This document shows positions 27,536-41,161 of a stretch of 64,000 nucleotides of DNA, one piece after another. A program made the position numbers and the translations under genes. This DNA comes from Octopus vulgaris (taxonomy: Eukaryota). The notes beneath the pieces are model-generated. The model had not been told where the DNA came from, did not search any database, and saw nothing but the letters and a program-made list of their open reading frames with translations. The stretch is taken from NCBI GenBank assembly GCA_951406725.2, contig OX597823.1:60946001-61010000 (forward strand), read 5' to 3'. Each line of letters starts with the position of its first letter. The first letter of the stretch is position 1.

Positions 27536-27591
27536 AGCTTTTTACCACACAGCCACTCCTGCTAACAATTTTTCCAGCTCACCGTCTTGAT

Positions 27592-28041
27592 AATAATAAT
27601 CCTTTCTACTATAGCACAAGGCCTGAAATTTTAGGGGAGGGGGCTACTTGATTACATTGATCACAGTACTCAACCAGTACTTATTTTATCGACCCTGAAA
27701 GAATGAAAAGCAAAGTTGACTACAATGAAATTTGAACTCGGAGCATAAAGATGGACAAAATGATACTAAACTCTTTGTCCAGTGGGCTAATGATTCTGCT
27801 AGCTCACCACAATAATTATAATAATAATAGTAATAATCCTTTCTACTGAAAGCACAAGGCCTCAAATTTGGGGAAAGGGATTACATCAACCCCAGTGCGT
27901 AACTGGTACTAATTTTATCGAACCTGAAAGGATGACAGCAAAGTCAACCTTGGTGGAATTTGAACTCAGAACTTAACGACAGACGAAATACCACTAAGCA
28001 TTTCACCCGGCGTGCTAATGATTCTGCCAGCTTGCCACTTT
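27592..28041 (-). mobile_element. Two tandem SINE family B copies with (AAT)n tails
   Basis: Plus strand GCACAAGGCC...GTACT..TTTTATCGA...TTTGAACTC...GATTCTGC.AGCT; minus-strand head GGC.AGCTGGCAGAATC...GAGTTCAAAT is tRNA-like. Confidence 0.85.
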
Positions 28042-28519
28042 AGTAATAATAATAACAATAATAATAATAAACTACATTACTTTTGTTGTACCATCCATCA
28101 TGGCAAGTTCAGCAATGTTTTTGTAGCTTGCTGACCTCATTGCAGTTGAATCCCTTTTCAGTATTACTTCATGCTCCATTAATTATTCAGGGACATCTGT
28201 TAGCCAAGTCATTTTCTCAGTGCTGAAAGACTGGCCAGGACTGAAAGTGGGTTAACTAATTCTTATGAAATATATAGTTCATTAGTTGTTTTCTGGTTTA
28301 ACGACTGATAAAAAGACAATAATTCAGTCAGAAGTGAAATCTTTGCTGATCACAATGTTATGAAAACACATTGCAAGAACATAAAGAAAAAAGTTAGTTT
28401 TTTTTAAATTAATTTTTTAAAAAAAGGTCCTGCTGCAGCCAGATTTGGCCGAATAGGTTATGCTGAGAATACTACCTTATCGATGAATGTCTCTGTTTTA
28501 TTTTATTTTTTCTCTTTCA

Positions 28520-29193
28520 TGGCTGTGTAGTAAGAAGTTTGTTTTCCAGCCACATTTCCAGGCTGAAGTCCTACTGTGCGAAACCCTGGGCAAGTGTCTT
28601 CTGCCATAGCCTCTTGCCTTGTGAGTGGATTTGGTAGACAAAAACTGAAAAAAGCTTGTCATATATGTATGTGTGTGTTTGTCTTCCCTGCCTCTGCTTG
28701 ACAACCAGTGTTAGTGTGCATATCCCCATGACTAGTAAAAGAGATCAATACAATAAGTACCTACGTTGATTCATTCTTCAAGGCCCCAACATGGCCACTG
28801 TCTAATGACTGCAACAAGTAAACATTGTTCCGAATTCAGTCCCACTGCATGGCACCTTGGGCAAGTGGCTTCTACTATAAGCCTTGGGTCAACCAAAGCC
28901 TTGTGAATGAATTTCGTAGATGGAAAATGAAAGAAGCCTGGTTGCTTTTTACATGTATATATTTATGTGTGTGTGTGTCTGTTTGTCCCCTCACCATCAG
29001 TTGACAACTGATGTTGGTGTGTTTACAGCTCTGTAACTTAGCGGCATGGCAAAAGAGATCAATAGAATAGGTACTAAACTTACATAGAATAAGTCCTGGG
29101 GTAAATTTCTTCAGCTAAAAAAACATACCCTTTAAGGAGGTGCTCCAGCATAGCTGCAGTCAAATGACTGAAGCAACTAAAAGAATAAAAGAG
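28520..29193 (+). mobile_element. Two adjacent diverged SINE family A copies
   Basis: Family A blocks at ~28520-28825 and ~28836-29193. Confidence 0.8.
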
Positions 29194-30452
29194 TATATTT
29201 CCAATGCAAAACACTGCCTATGTACTTCAACTAATTTTGAAAATATTCAAGAATTTGAAGAAGTTTAATAAAGAAAATGACAAAGTCATTTAAGCTGGTG
29301 TTTTTAAGAACGTAACTTAACAAAAGGTCTTTATCTTTTTACTTAAAATTATGTTGGAATGTTTTTAAAGTACACTTTTAAAATGGGGAGGGAGTTTGTG
29401 TCAAAGAAATAAGGATGACCTTTGGCAAGTTGGTATTAAAAAAAATTTGTTATTGTAAATTTCTTTCAACTCTTGACAGATTTTCTACTTCAATTTATAT
29501 AAAAAAAAAAGACAAGTCTTTTTTCCCTCCTCCAAGTAATAATGGTAGTAGTAGTAGTAGTAGTAGTAGTAATAATAATAGAGTATTCAATCAAACAATG
29601 TTAAAAGTGATTTATTGAATAAGCATTAAGACTCAATTTTCGAGTAGAAATGAAATGTAAGGTTGTGAGGTTTATGCTAAGAGCAATTAGAACCATAATG
29701 CAAAGTAGTCAGCCTGAAGGCTTAGGTTATTTGGTGCTAATTGAAAAGTTACTTATTTCCAGAGGATATAAAGTATGCAGACACTGGTAACTAAAAGTTG
29801 AAAGTCTAAGAGTTCTCTCATCTCTTGAGAAATGTTGAAAAGAAAAACGAAAGTCGTATGAAGACGACTAAACTTTCTCTTTAGAATTTAGAAACATGAT
29901 CGCTGTGAACCGTTTGTTCTTATAACTCTAAGCGACTTTAATTTATCCATCAATTCAATGGACACATGTTGCTCTCTTCATCACTGTCATCTTTGATCTT
30001 ATGATCAGGTATTTAAAAAAACAAAACAAAAAATAACAACAACAATTATTCGATGCTGTCATGCCAAAATTGTATTGTTTTACATATGAGATTGCACCTT
30101 GGTTAATTTTTAAAGATTACTTCTCAGATAGTTATGGATATTGTTATCTTTCATGACTTCTTAAGGAGGTAGAATGATCCTTCAACTGGACTCGTGGTTA
30201 AGAAGGCCATTTTGCAACCACATGGCTTTGGGATCAGTCACTTTGTGTAGCACCTTAGGAAAATGTCTTTTACTGTAGTCTCAGGTTGACCAGTACTTCA
30301 TACTCTGATTGGAATTTGGTAGAGGAAAACTGTGTGGAAGCTTGTCACGTGTGTGTATATGTATTTGTCATGCATATATATATATACATACATACATACA
30401 TATATATGTATATATCATCAGTAAATCATGAATCCAAGAGAAGCACGCACCA

Positions 30453-30540
30453 ATGGCTAGCTATTAGGGTCTGATGAGGCGTATGTAAAGCTAATTGTTT
30501 TATGGACGCGAAACCCTGGGTAACCCTATGAACCAGCCAT
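30453..30540 (+). ncRNA. Type I hammerhead ribozyme (Penelope-like-element style)
   Basis: Stem I TAGGGT(30465-70)/ACCCTA(30523-28); core CTGATGA 30471-77; stem II GCGT/ACGC extended by TGTAAAGC/GTTTTATG; GAAA 30510-13; stem III ACCC-T-GGGT; cleavage triplet GTA (30520-22); distal ATGGCT/AGCCAT. Confidence 0.8.
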
Positions 30541-30856
30541 AGCTATCTTTATCAAAATGTGTGTGTGTATGGATGTATGTAGGCAAATCAAAAGTAAAAA
30601 CAGGAAAAAACAACAAAAGTCAAATAGATGTACACACTGAATGTATTAGGTTGACGCTCAGTGGAAGTTTTAGATGGAAAAGTAGGAACAGAAATGGTGT
30701 TTTGGGCATGGCTCTTCGTCAGGAAGAGGAAAATCTTTATATTTGAGTGATGTATTATATACGTTTCTGTGTTTAAGCCCGTGTCCCTTAAATCATATAA
30801 ATACATATAAGTAAATATATATATATATATATATATATATTGAGTAAGAGAGAGAG

Positions 30857-31152
30857 AGAGTCAAGTGAAATGATTGTTGTGGCCAATGCCAGTACTGCCT
30901 GACTGGCACCTGTTCCAGTGGCCTGTAAAAAGCACCATTCAAGCATGGTTGATGCCAGTACCGCCTACTGGCCTTTATGCCAGTGGCATGTACAAAGCAC
31001 CATTCTAGCATGGTTGATGCCAGTACCACCTGACTGGCCCTCATGCCAGTGGCACATAAAAAGCACCCACTACATTCTCGGAATGGTTGGTGTTGGGAAG
31101 TGCATCCAGCTGTAGAAACCTTGCCAAATAAGACTGGAGCCTGGCACAGCCC
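30857..31152 (+). mobile_element. SINE family C with ~3 internal tandem units
   Basis: GCCAGTAC..CCT.ACTGGC units, then AAAAGCACCCACTACA...GGAAG.GCATCCAGCTGTAGAAAC as in 26495-26877. Confidence 0.75.
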
Positions 31153-31611
31153 TAATATTCACACACATATACCTATATTTATTGTGTGTGTGTGTGTGTA
31201 ATAATAATACTCTGATAGTAATTACCATTTTAACTTCACTTCTTTCACATTTCATCTTTATTGCATTCTCATTTGACATTCTGAAGAGTTTTCATGAAAC
31301 AATTTGATCATCCCTTATATGGTGATTAATTTTTTTTTATTGAATAAAAGCTATAAACACTCTGTGTGTGTACATATCTATCTGTCTTTATCTATCTATT
31401 TATTTATGTATGTATTTTTGTCTATGTGTGTGTGTATACACACACATGCACACACACGCACACACAACGCACACATGCCAGGATAGAAAATGTCTGTTAA
31501 ATGCTGGTGATGATTACATTCATTTCATATATATTTTTACACCCACCAATATACAGTGTTCTTGAATGCATTAGTTTGAATGCTATATATATATATATAT
31601 ATACACACATA

Positions 31612-31647
<36 letters not shown>

Positions 31648-32594
31648 CACACACACTTGATAGTTTCTGTGAAACTATATGCACATTTATAGACTCTGTG
31701 GGTGTGTAAATACTTCAGCAGCTCAATATGTACATAAGTACTTAAGATCTTGGGTTTTTCTGATTCCCTGCTAGGCTGAAGTGTACCCCCACATTAGTGT
31801 ATTGCTCACATTTCTAGAATAGTTCAGCTACCTCATACTCAAAAGTATTCTAGGTTGCATCCTGAACAGCAGCAACAACAACAACATCAAAAAAAGTGAC
31901 CCAATTAACTGATTGGCAACCCTTCTGATCACCGACATGTTACAGCCGTAAACACATAATCATGCTGTGTTCTTTTCTCTATCTTCTCTACCGTTATTAT
32001 AATCGGTCTGTAAAATACGACCATGTATACTGTTTGGTGTCCAACCCAAACCATTTCACTGTTGCATTTTCCTCAACTATTATCATTAACTCAGCTCTTT
32101 ACCTCATGCACCAGTTTGATTCCATATTAAAAGTTTTCCCTAAACCACAACCATCTGAATCTCTTTGGGCCCTCTTTCCCGTTATTTTTTCTTACAAAAC
32201 TCAACTATATCAGTCTCAACTATCTGGTGGAAACCAGAAAGGTTTCTTAATTCTTACCTCTCTCCATAGACAAAATAATTTTTTTCTTTCCTATTGGCAC
32301 AAATCCTGAAATTTTCATGGATAGTGTTCAACTGGTACTTATTTTATCGAAAGGCTACCCTTGGTAGAATTTGAACTCATTACATGAAGATGGGTGAAAT
32401 GCTACTAAGTATTTTGTCCGGCATGCTAATGATTCTGCCAGCTTGCTGCTTTTCCATAGAAAATAATGAAAGTGGATGTTTTAAACACATGTATATTCAT
32501 AGAAGAGGAGCTGAAGGAATTAATTCAAATTGGATTATCACAACATACATATTTTAAATTTCTCTACAAGTTGGAAAAAGATAATAAAAAATGC

Positions 32595-32635
<41 letters not shown>

Positions 32636-32637
<2 letters not shown>

Positions 32638-33370
32638 TAGCATTAAAGACCCATCGTTGCCGGGTCATAGTGCTAGTGCATGTATATATGTGTACATATT
32701 ACATGTACATCTATATATATATACATCTACACATAAAATGCAAAATACAAAGTTATATCTTGATATCGCTAGTGATAACAATACTCAAAATATATAACAG
32801 ACTGGAATTGTTAGCTCTTCTTTTTTCTCTACATCGCATACTTTATAGACAATAGTCTTTTCTTTAATTTAATTTTTTATTATCTATCTGGACTATTTCA
32901 TTTCTGTGCGCTAATTTTATTTTTAATTTATTCCCATTCATGTGAAACCACTTATTCAAGTTCAAATCATTGATGCAATTTTATACCAATTGCTATTTTT
33001 ACTTTTGTTATGTTACGATTATATTATACTTTAGTTTGATTTTAATTATTACTTACTACATATAATTCAATTGTTATTATTATTTTTATTGTTAAAGTGA
33101 AAGCATCTGACATAAAATAGAGAAATATTTTTGTTTCACTTTTAACACGTAATAATGAAATAGTGGAGAAGATATGATATTGCTATGGGCTCGCTCTAGG
33201 CAAGAAGTTGAACATTTTTATTTTTGCCCATGAAACTATATGGACCCTAAGTAAGGCATGTGTAAAATTTGAATGAAATTGGTTGTGTAGTTCTCAAGTT
33301 TTAGGGAAACACACAGACAGACAGACAGACAGACAGACACACATTCTCAGTTTTATATATACATAAAGAT
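32636..33370 (+). mobile_element. Helentron/HINE-like non-autonomous element
   Basis: ACTAG start in a (TA)n run, short palindrome GACCC..GGGTC, (GACA)n at ~33314-33340, TTTTATATATA end. Confidence 0.5.
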
Positions 33371-35014
33371 ATATATTATAAATAACCACACACACACATT
33401 TGTGTTGTATGCTTATAAAGAAATCATGTCCGTGCATGGATTTACATGGGTGGAATCTCCCCCACCACCTTTTAACATCTATGCACTCACTCATTGTCAG
33501 GCCAACTATAGGAAGCAGGGTTATCTGCATTGTTTGCGGGCAAAGCATCATGGTTCCAATAGAATTTGAACTCAGCATCTTAACCTGACCAATTATGCTT
33601 TATAGTTGTATGTATACGTTTATTTAACTTATTACAGTAGAGGTGTGCGTACAGCTATATAGACGAGCAGGTGTACCGGATATTTCTGTATCTAAAGTTC
33701 GATCCTATTGGGCATTTGCATTTCATTAGATGCCAGGCAATCTTCAGTTTTACAGCAAAGCATAACAGTGATATTTTTATCTTTTTACTTGTGTCCGTCA
33801 TTAGACTGTGGCCATGCTGGGGCATCACCTTGAAGAGTTTTTACTGCTCAAATGAATTGCGATGGTAATATTTTAGAAAATTTTAAATGCAGCTATTTTG
33901 TACTGTAGCTGTTCCACAAAACTTCACTTGCTTATTATCATTATAGTAAAAACATACTTCTTTAATTAATTTTTTTTCTTTCTGTGTGTGTGCGTGGTTT
34001 ATTTATTTTTTTTTTTTTGTATCCATGCTCACATGGGCTGCATGGCATTTCTTGAATCGGAATTCTATCAGTGGATGCCCTTCCTGATGATATCAGCCGT
34101 TATTTATTGTGTACGCTACTTTATTCCATGCCTTTCTTTGCATGTTGAAAACGCTGCTGGAAGTTCCATTTATGGGAGATATAAGCAATGTGTGAACGCA
34201 AATCACACACTTGGACAGATACGCACACACCCTTCTGCGTGCGCACACACATTTCTATACAGTTTCCAATCAACCAAATTTCACTCAATTAGTTCCTTAG
34301 TTTTATATTCCCCAAGATTTTACAAGACTTTTCTTTTTTAACAAACTTGATTGCATATAAGTGTATTACAATATTCTATACTGCATCTTTCTTTCTCTGT
34401 CTCCCTCTCACTCTCCCTGTATTAGATTTCTTACATTTTTGAATTTTTATATATATACTCGCAGGTGATTTTTGAGTTTCTTTCATCCCTTATTTCTAAA
34501 ATTTAAAAAAAAAAAGAGGATTTAAAACAAAAAAGAAACCTTTATTTTTTTTTTTTTTTAATCCTCTCTTTAGTATTTAAAAGTAAACTCTGGCTGTTGT
34601 TCCTTACTTTCTGTTATCCGTTTGTACAACTCTTGCTTCATCAATCATATATTTAATTAAATATCATAACTGCCGGTTGTTATCTGTTAGAAACCTTTTT
34701 TTTTTTTTCTTCCTTTCAAAAAGAAAAAAAAAAAAAAAAAAAAAGGGAATAATAATAATAATAATAATATTAATAATAATAATAATAATCATAGTGATAA
34801 TGATACAACTTAGGCTTTTCTGATGTCTTTTTTTTCTGTTACTTTCATATGAGTTAGGTTTCTGAATAGCTGATTTCATTGTCACTTCAATAGTTGACAT
34901 GGTTTCATTATCAAATTTTCACTGAATTCTTTTGCTGGAATCTTCACATTACTCATATTATTTGACATTTGGGGAGGTTTTGCAGGCTTTTTCTTTTTCT
35001 CTTCTTTTCTTTTT

Positions 35015-35056
<42 letters not shown>

Positions 35057-35355
35057 ACACACACTCTTTTATTTCTATTTCTACTGCTGGCCCTCCCCTA
35101 CCATTTCTCTAAGTGTCCCTCCCCTACTGTTCATTTATCTTGGCCTCTCCCACCTTACCTACTTTACACCCAATCAAATTCATGTAGTGTATGTATGTTA
35201 AAATTGAGGTCAGGGGAACCATTAAAAGGGACATCCTGTCTTGCATGAACTTGAGTAATTTTTCTCCTTGCAAATGGTCAATGGACTAGGAGGTGTGTCT
35301 GCACCAACATCAAGGTGAACTAGTGCCCTGTTTTTCACAGTTGACTTTGCCACAG

Positions 35356-35388
<33 letters not shown>

Positions 35389-35937
35389 TATTATTTTGTT
35401 AGGTAGGCTAGTTTACAAGAGATATCATTCACTGCCATTTGAAAGACTCCAGCATATTTGAAAACACACAAGCACAAAAACCATCATCTCACTTTTATAG
35501 CTTTATATTGAGATCAAATTATATTCATCCAAGCTTCCGTTACATATATATTGTGTGTGTGTGTGTGTGGTGTTTACGCTGAATGGTAAAGCAGTTTGTT
35601 TCAGAACCACAAGATCTTTGGTTTGTTTCCACTCAGTAGCTTCTTGGGTTGACCTATATTTTGTGATTAAAACTGGGTCGGCAGAAGCCTGTCAAATGGG
35701 TTGCACATGTAATTCAAAGGCACTGACTTCTCACAAATTGTGTCACGCTGGTTCTGCCTATGAATTATCTTGATACACTGATATAATAAGCAGGTAATTC
35801 TAGTCATGAAACACTTGAATCTTTATTGTTGAAAAGGATCCAGAACCATCCAGATGATGTTTGATGTTTGTGTATTTGTGAAGTTATCTACATAACCTAT
35901 TTATCTACATAACCTATTTATCTACATTTTATATATA

Positions 35938-36322
35938 TTCTTTTACTTGTTTCTATTATTTGACTGCGGCCATGCTGAAGCACCACCTTTAGTTGAGCGA
36001 ATCCACCCAAGACTTATTCTTTGTAAGCCAAGTACTTATTCTATCAGTCTCTTTTGTTGAACCGCTAAGCTACAGGGATCTAAACACACCAGCATTGTTT
36101 GTCAAGCGATACTGGCGGGGACAAATACAGACACATAAGCATACGCACACACACACTTATATGTATACGATGGGCTTCTTTCAGTTTCCGTCTACCAAAT
36201 CCACTCACAAGGCTGTGGTCGGCCCAAGGCCAAAGTAGAAAGCACTTGCCCAAGATGCCATGCAGTGGGTCTGAACCTGGAACCCTGTGGTTGGTAAGCA
36301 GGCCACTTACCACACAGCCACT
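35938..36322 (-). mobile_element. SINE family A
   Basis: Full set of family A blocks. Confidence 0.85.
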
Positions 36323-36578
36323 TACATATATATATTCCATTTTGCCATAAATGTACTAATAACCAGTTGTTAAATTTCAGTTTGACCTATATATGTGATT
36401 GAAACTGGGTTGGCAGGCACTGACTTCTCACAAATTGATGTCATGCTATTTCTGCCTATGAATTAGGTAATTTTGGTCATGAAACACTTGAGTCCTTAAG
36501 TTGAAAAGGACCCAGAACCATCCAGATAATGTTTGTGTAAATGTGAAGTTATCTACATAACAACCTATCTGTCTACAT

Positions 36579-36625
<47 letters not shown>

Positions 36626-37699
36626 CTCTTTTTTTTTTTTGTCATTCATTTACTAATATGTGTGTATGTATAATATGTAATCGTGTGATTGACCACGTTA
36701 TAGGAAGTTGTTATTCATCACTGCTCACAATGTGCTTTGCATAATTTTAGCTTTCAAATGATGCCACCTTGCTGTCTAGGTGATAGGCCAACATTCCCCC
36801 TGATTGGAAAATTAGACTGTTGCAAGCTTATTCACTTACACCTGAGTGGACTAAAGTACTACGAAATGAAGTGTTTTTTTGATCAAGAACATAATATGCT
36901 GCTGCATGGTCTGGGAATCCATCACACAATCTTGCAATCATGAGGGCAACATCCTAACTACTGGGCCATGTACTTTCACGCACACTCACATAATGTTACG
37001 TTAGAAGAGTTGTAAAGTATAACCACTAATTTCTGGATATGGTCTGTAATTTTACCCTTACAAAGACTCACATGGATTTTAAGAATTCAAAAACTACTCT
37101 TTCTTCTTAGCCAAAAGGTTTCTTCTGGGTGTTTTTTTTTTCTTTTTTTACCAGCCATACTTATATGCACATGTGCACACACTCACATTTTGTGAGTGTC
37201 TACAAGTGTTTGTAGATACATCTCTACTAAAAACCTACTTTGTGATGCAGAAGTTTTCACTGTGAATATTTGTGTGTTTGTGTATGTTTCCTAGGGTCAC
37301 ATTGAGCATCTATTTGTTTCTTATGCATATTTGTGTATGTATGTATGTATATATATATGTATTTTGTTATATCTATAGCTACTTGTATTATGTATCAACA
37401 CAATGGAGTTTGTGTTGGGAAAATGTGATGTTTTTTATGACTCTGGTAAGAAGTATGAGGTGGTGAAGCTGGTAATCCTTTAGCTAGTTACAATCATACA
37501 ATACTTTCTCCCACCTAAATACCTTCACCCTTTTATCTTATTTTCATTCTTACATCCAAAAGAATAAGACGATTCTTTCTGGTCTCACGAAGCAGTTCTT
37601 TCCCCGGTGCTATTTTTCTTAATACATATTCATTGTGGATAATTGTTGATCACTGCTGCTGTTGGATTTACCTACAATTCGAGACATTGAGAAGGAAGC

Positions 37700-39060
37700 T
37701 ATGAAATGGGACTGAACATAGTCATGTGAAAAGGAACCATAAAAGGCTTAACTTACTATTTTAAAAAGGCTTGCTTCTGGAGGAAAAGAATCAGCCACAT
37801 GTCCAAAACATTAGAATTCGCAATGTCAGCCATGGAATCATATGACAAAAGAAACAAAATTAAGCCAAGTGCTAAGAAGTTACTTAACTGCGCAGTCCTT
37901 ATTTTTTTGAATGATCCAATATGATGCTTAAAGAGGGATGGTTGTTCTTTGTATGGATTGATGATCAGGCTTGAGTCAGTGTACCAATAAGAATAATGGT
38001 AATTAAAAAATGTAAAGCCAAAAGTTTTATGAAGATTTCCAGTAAAAGAAGGCTGAAATGTCACATGAAAAATCTCATCTGGTTAGTAATATCTAGAAGA
38101 GCCTGATTTTGCACAACATTTGATCAGTGAAGCTGCTAGTTCTGATACACAGGTTACATCTGGTTACCCTGAGTAGCTAGTGGGCTATACTCCAGAGCAA
38201 GTATACATTTTTCTAGAAATTCATACTTGCTAGAATTTTTATTTATTGAAGAAAAATCAACACTAGGATTTACTACTTCCAAAAGTCATCTAGCGCTTTT
38301 TTCTAGGAGTACAGGCTACTGTTGATATGAAGTTGAAGCCCCAACTTACGTATCATTCCAAAAATCTAAGCGCTAATGGGTGTTCACATTAAGAAAGCAT
38401 ACATAGCTAAGAGCCTTTTTAAAGAGTGGTTTACAAACATTTATTTGCCCTTCTGTAGAAAGGCACAGGGCCAGACAATATTTCCAACAAAGTATTGCTC
38501 CTCTTAGTCAGTGTACCAAAACACTGGTCATGTGAGGCTAGAATATATTTCCAAGAGTGCGACTACTTTGTTCTAGCTGTTGTATCTGGGTGAGACTCCT
38601 TACTTCAAGGCATATTATCTAAGAAGAAAATTTCAAACAACTTCTGAAAGGAACTGACAGGGAGGATAAACCTAAAGCTGAGTTATGAAATAAAGTGAAA
38701 CCATCAGCTCTGAATGCTGCAAGTTCTCCACTAGCAGAAAATCTGCATCAGATTTGGAAAGATATTGTAATTCATGTAGTGTTTGAAGAGCTTGATGTGG
38801 CCAAGTTGCTAGTGTCCATAAAGTTAATTTGACACAAAGGCTATTAGAGCAAGAACAGTCTGAGAATGCGAATGAGAATATGGAAATCACACCAACTCCA
38901 TTTAAAGTGACTGCATAGGGTGTTGCAAAAGGATTGACATTGATAGAGAAAGGCCTGGAAGGTTTTGCTGTTAACAACCCTAATCACCTTTCAAGGAGAT
39001 GTTGATGATGAACTATATTGTAGAAGATAGTGCCCTTCATACTCACAGTAACTCTCCAGT
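37700..39060 (+). pseudogene. Decayed Tigger/pogo (Tc1/mariner superfamily) transposase
   Basis: Ordered peptide fragments VWIDDQ, SEAASSDT..GYTPEQV, FIEEKSTLGF..SKSHLALFLG, DMKLKPQLTYHSKN, KAYIAKSLFKEWF, NKVLLLL, AYYLRRKF recall Tigger1 (GEAASAD, GYT.QQIFN, EEKSMPGFKASKDRLTLLLG, FKLKPMLIYHSENP, KAWMT..LF..WF, KSYYLR); many stops and frameshifts. Confidence 0.85.
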
Positions 39061-39139
39061 CACCACTACCATCCTTCATATAGTAGTCAACAATGTTTAC
39101 GTGGTAAGAACATACCTGTTATAATATTATGATTCTTAT

Positions 39140-39320
39140 TAAGGTGGCAAGCTGGCAGAATCATTAGCGTGTCAAGTGAAATGCTTAGTGGCATTTCATC
39201 TGGGTTCATGTTCTAAGTTCAAATTTCACCAAAGTCCACTTCGCCTTTCATCCTTTTGGAGTCAATGAAATAAATACCAGTTGAGTGCTAATTGCTGGCC
39301 TTGTGTCAAAATTTGAAAAC
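39140..39320 (+). mobile_element. SINE family B
   Basis: AAGGTGGCAAGCTGGCAGAATC...GTTCAAAT...GCCTTTCATCCTTT. Confidence 0.8.
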
Positions 39321-39886
39321 AGTATTCTGAATCTTATTTATTTCTTTACGTATTTCTCTTCAAATGTTTTTATATACATATATGTAGTGTACAACATTGT
39401 TTACATGTATAAAAGCAGTTCTGTTGCTTGTAGATTTTTTTAAAAAATCCAGCAGGATGCGTTCTCATTTTACTACATGACAAAGGTAAAATTAATTTTG
39501 TGTTATGGTAAGATTTTCAGCACTCCATACTCACATATAGTGGGATGAGCATCTGTAGGTATGCATATGCATGCATGTATGTGTATAATTGTGTGTATGT
39601 GTATTTATATATATGTGGTGCAGAATTAGCAGAATCACTAAGCTGTTGGATAGAATACCTTGCAGTATTCGCTCCAGTTCTCTGCATTTCGAGTTCATTG
39701 AGGTTAGCTTGTTTTACAATTTTTTTTTTCTTTTCCCCCCAATTTTCGTAAATAAAAAAAAGTACCATCCATTACCAAGGTAAATTTTTTTTCTTTAATC
39801 TTTCCCATTCTCTTCTTCCCACTGCTTTCTCTCACTCACACAAACATACCTGAAATCCGGAGGATCAGCTTTATCATGTCTAGTGT

Positions 39887-40011
39887 CCCACTGATTCAGC
39901 TTGAGAATTCCATTGTGGTTACACGTGTCTGGTGGACTGCTTGCACATTAATGCCACAAGTAGGAATTCATTTGATTAGACACCTGAACACTCATCATTG
40001 AATCCAGTGGG
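39887..40011 (-). ncRNA. Candidate C/D-box RNA or foldback element (125 nt)
   Basis: Minus strand: CCCACTGGAT stem, box C ATGATGA (39998-39992), internal hairpin, box D CTGA (39899-39896), ATCAGTGGG stem. Confidence 0.35.
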
Positions 40012-41124
40012 TAATTCATTATATGTGTATGTATGTGTGTGTGTGTATATTTGCCTATTGTGTGTGTGTGTGCATGCATATATGTACACTCATGCTCATG
40101 TATATACATGTGATGTACGTACATATGTGCATATTATCGTGGATGTATATATTATATGATTCCACTACATGGTATCTTATAGAAGTTGGCTCTTGAGGGT
40201 CAACTCCAAACTCTGTGGAAGCTCATCATATGGACTGTACATATATTTCAAAGGGCCAGCCTTATCATGTGTTGTGTCAAGCTTATTTGACCAAACAGAT
40301 ACATGCACACACACTTATATATGTATATGCATAATATACCTCTTTCAGTTTCTGTCTAGGAAATCCTCTTACAAGGCTTTGGTCAGCCTGAGGCAATAGT
40401 AAAAGACACTTGTCCAAGGTGCTACATACACAGTGGGACTGAACCCAGAACCATGTGGTTGGGAAACAAACTTCTTATCACACAACCATGCCTGCACACA
40501 CATACACACACACACACACATATATATATATGCTAGTTCATTATAATTTGTGAATATTATTTTTATATATTCTAGCACTCAAAAAAACCTGGTATGTTTT
40601 AATTTCTGGCCCCTAGCATTGCATGTTATAATATAATAGGCATTTTGAAGAACACCTCAAATATGAATCTAACTAACAAAGGCTGATATTTCACTGGGAA
40701 ATATATATAAAAAAAAAAAAATTGCAAACTACTTGAAGATCTGATAAATTAATATAACCATGTGCACACACACACACACACATACACATACACATACTCT
40801 TAAGCATCATGTACATGGATTTCATATTACCACTACTTCTGCAGTAGTCCGTCACTGTTGAAGCATTTTTCTAGGTGGGAATAAATGTTGTCCTTCCTGC
40901 CCTTGAAATAGATAAGTTTCCTGTTTCCATCTACTTTAACTTCGCAAATCCACCACTACCAAACCATAGCTGCTGCTGTTTCTATCTATTACTGCTCCTG
41001 CTGATGGTGATACACACATATATATATATATGTATATACATATATATATATATATGTAACTAGATAACTTATAAGGAAGAGATTTCTCTTCTATCCTTAG
41101 TTAATGAAATACTTGTTTTGTTTA

Positions 41125-41161
<37 letters not shown>

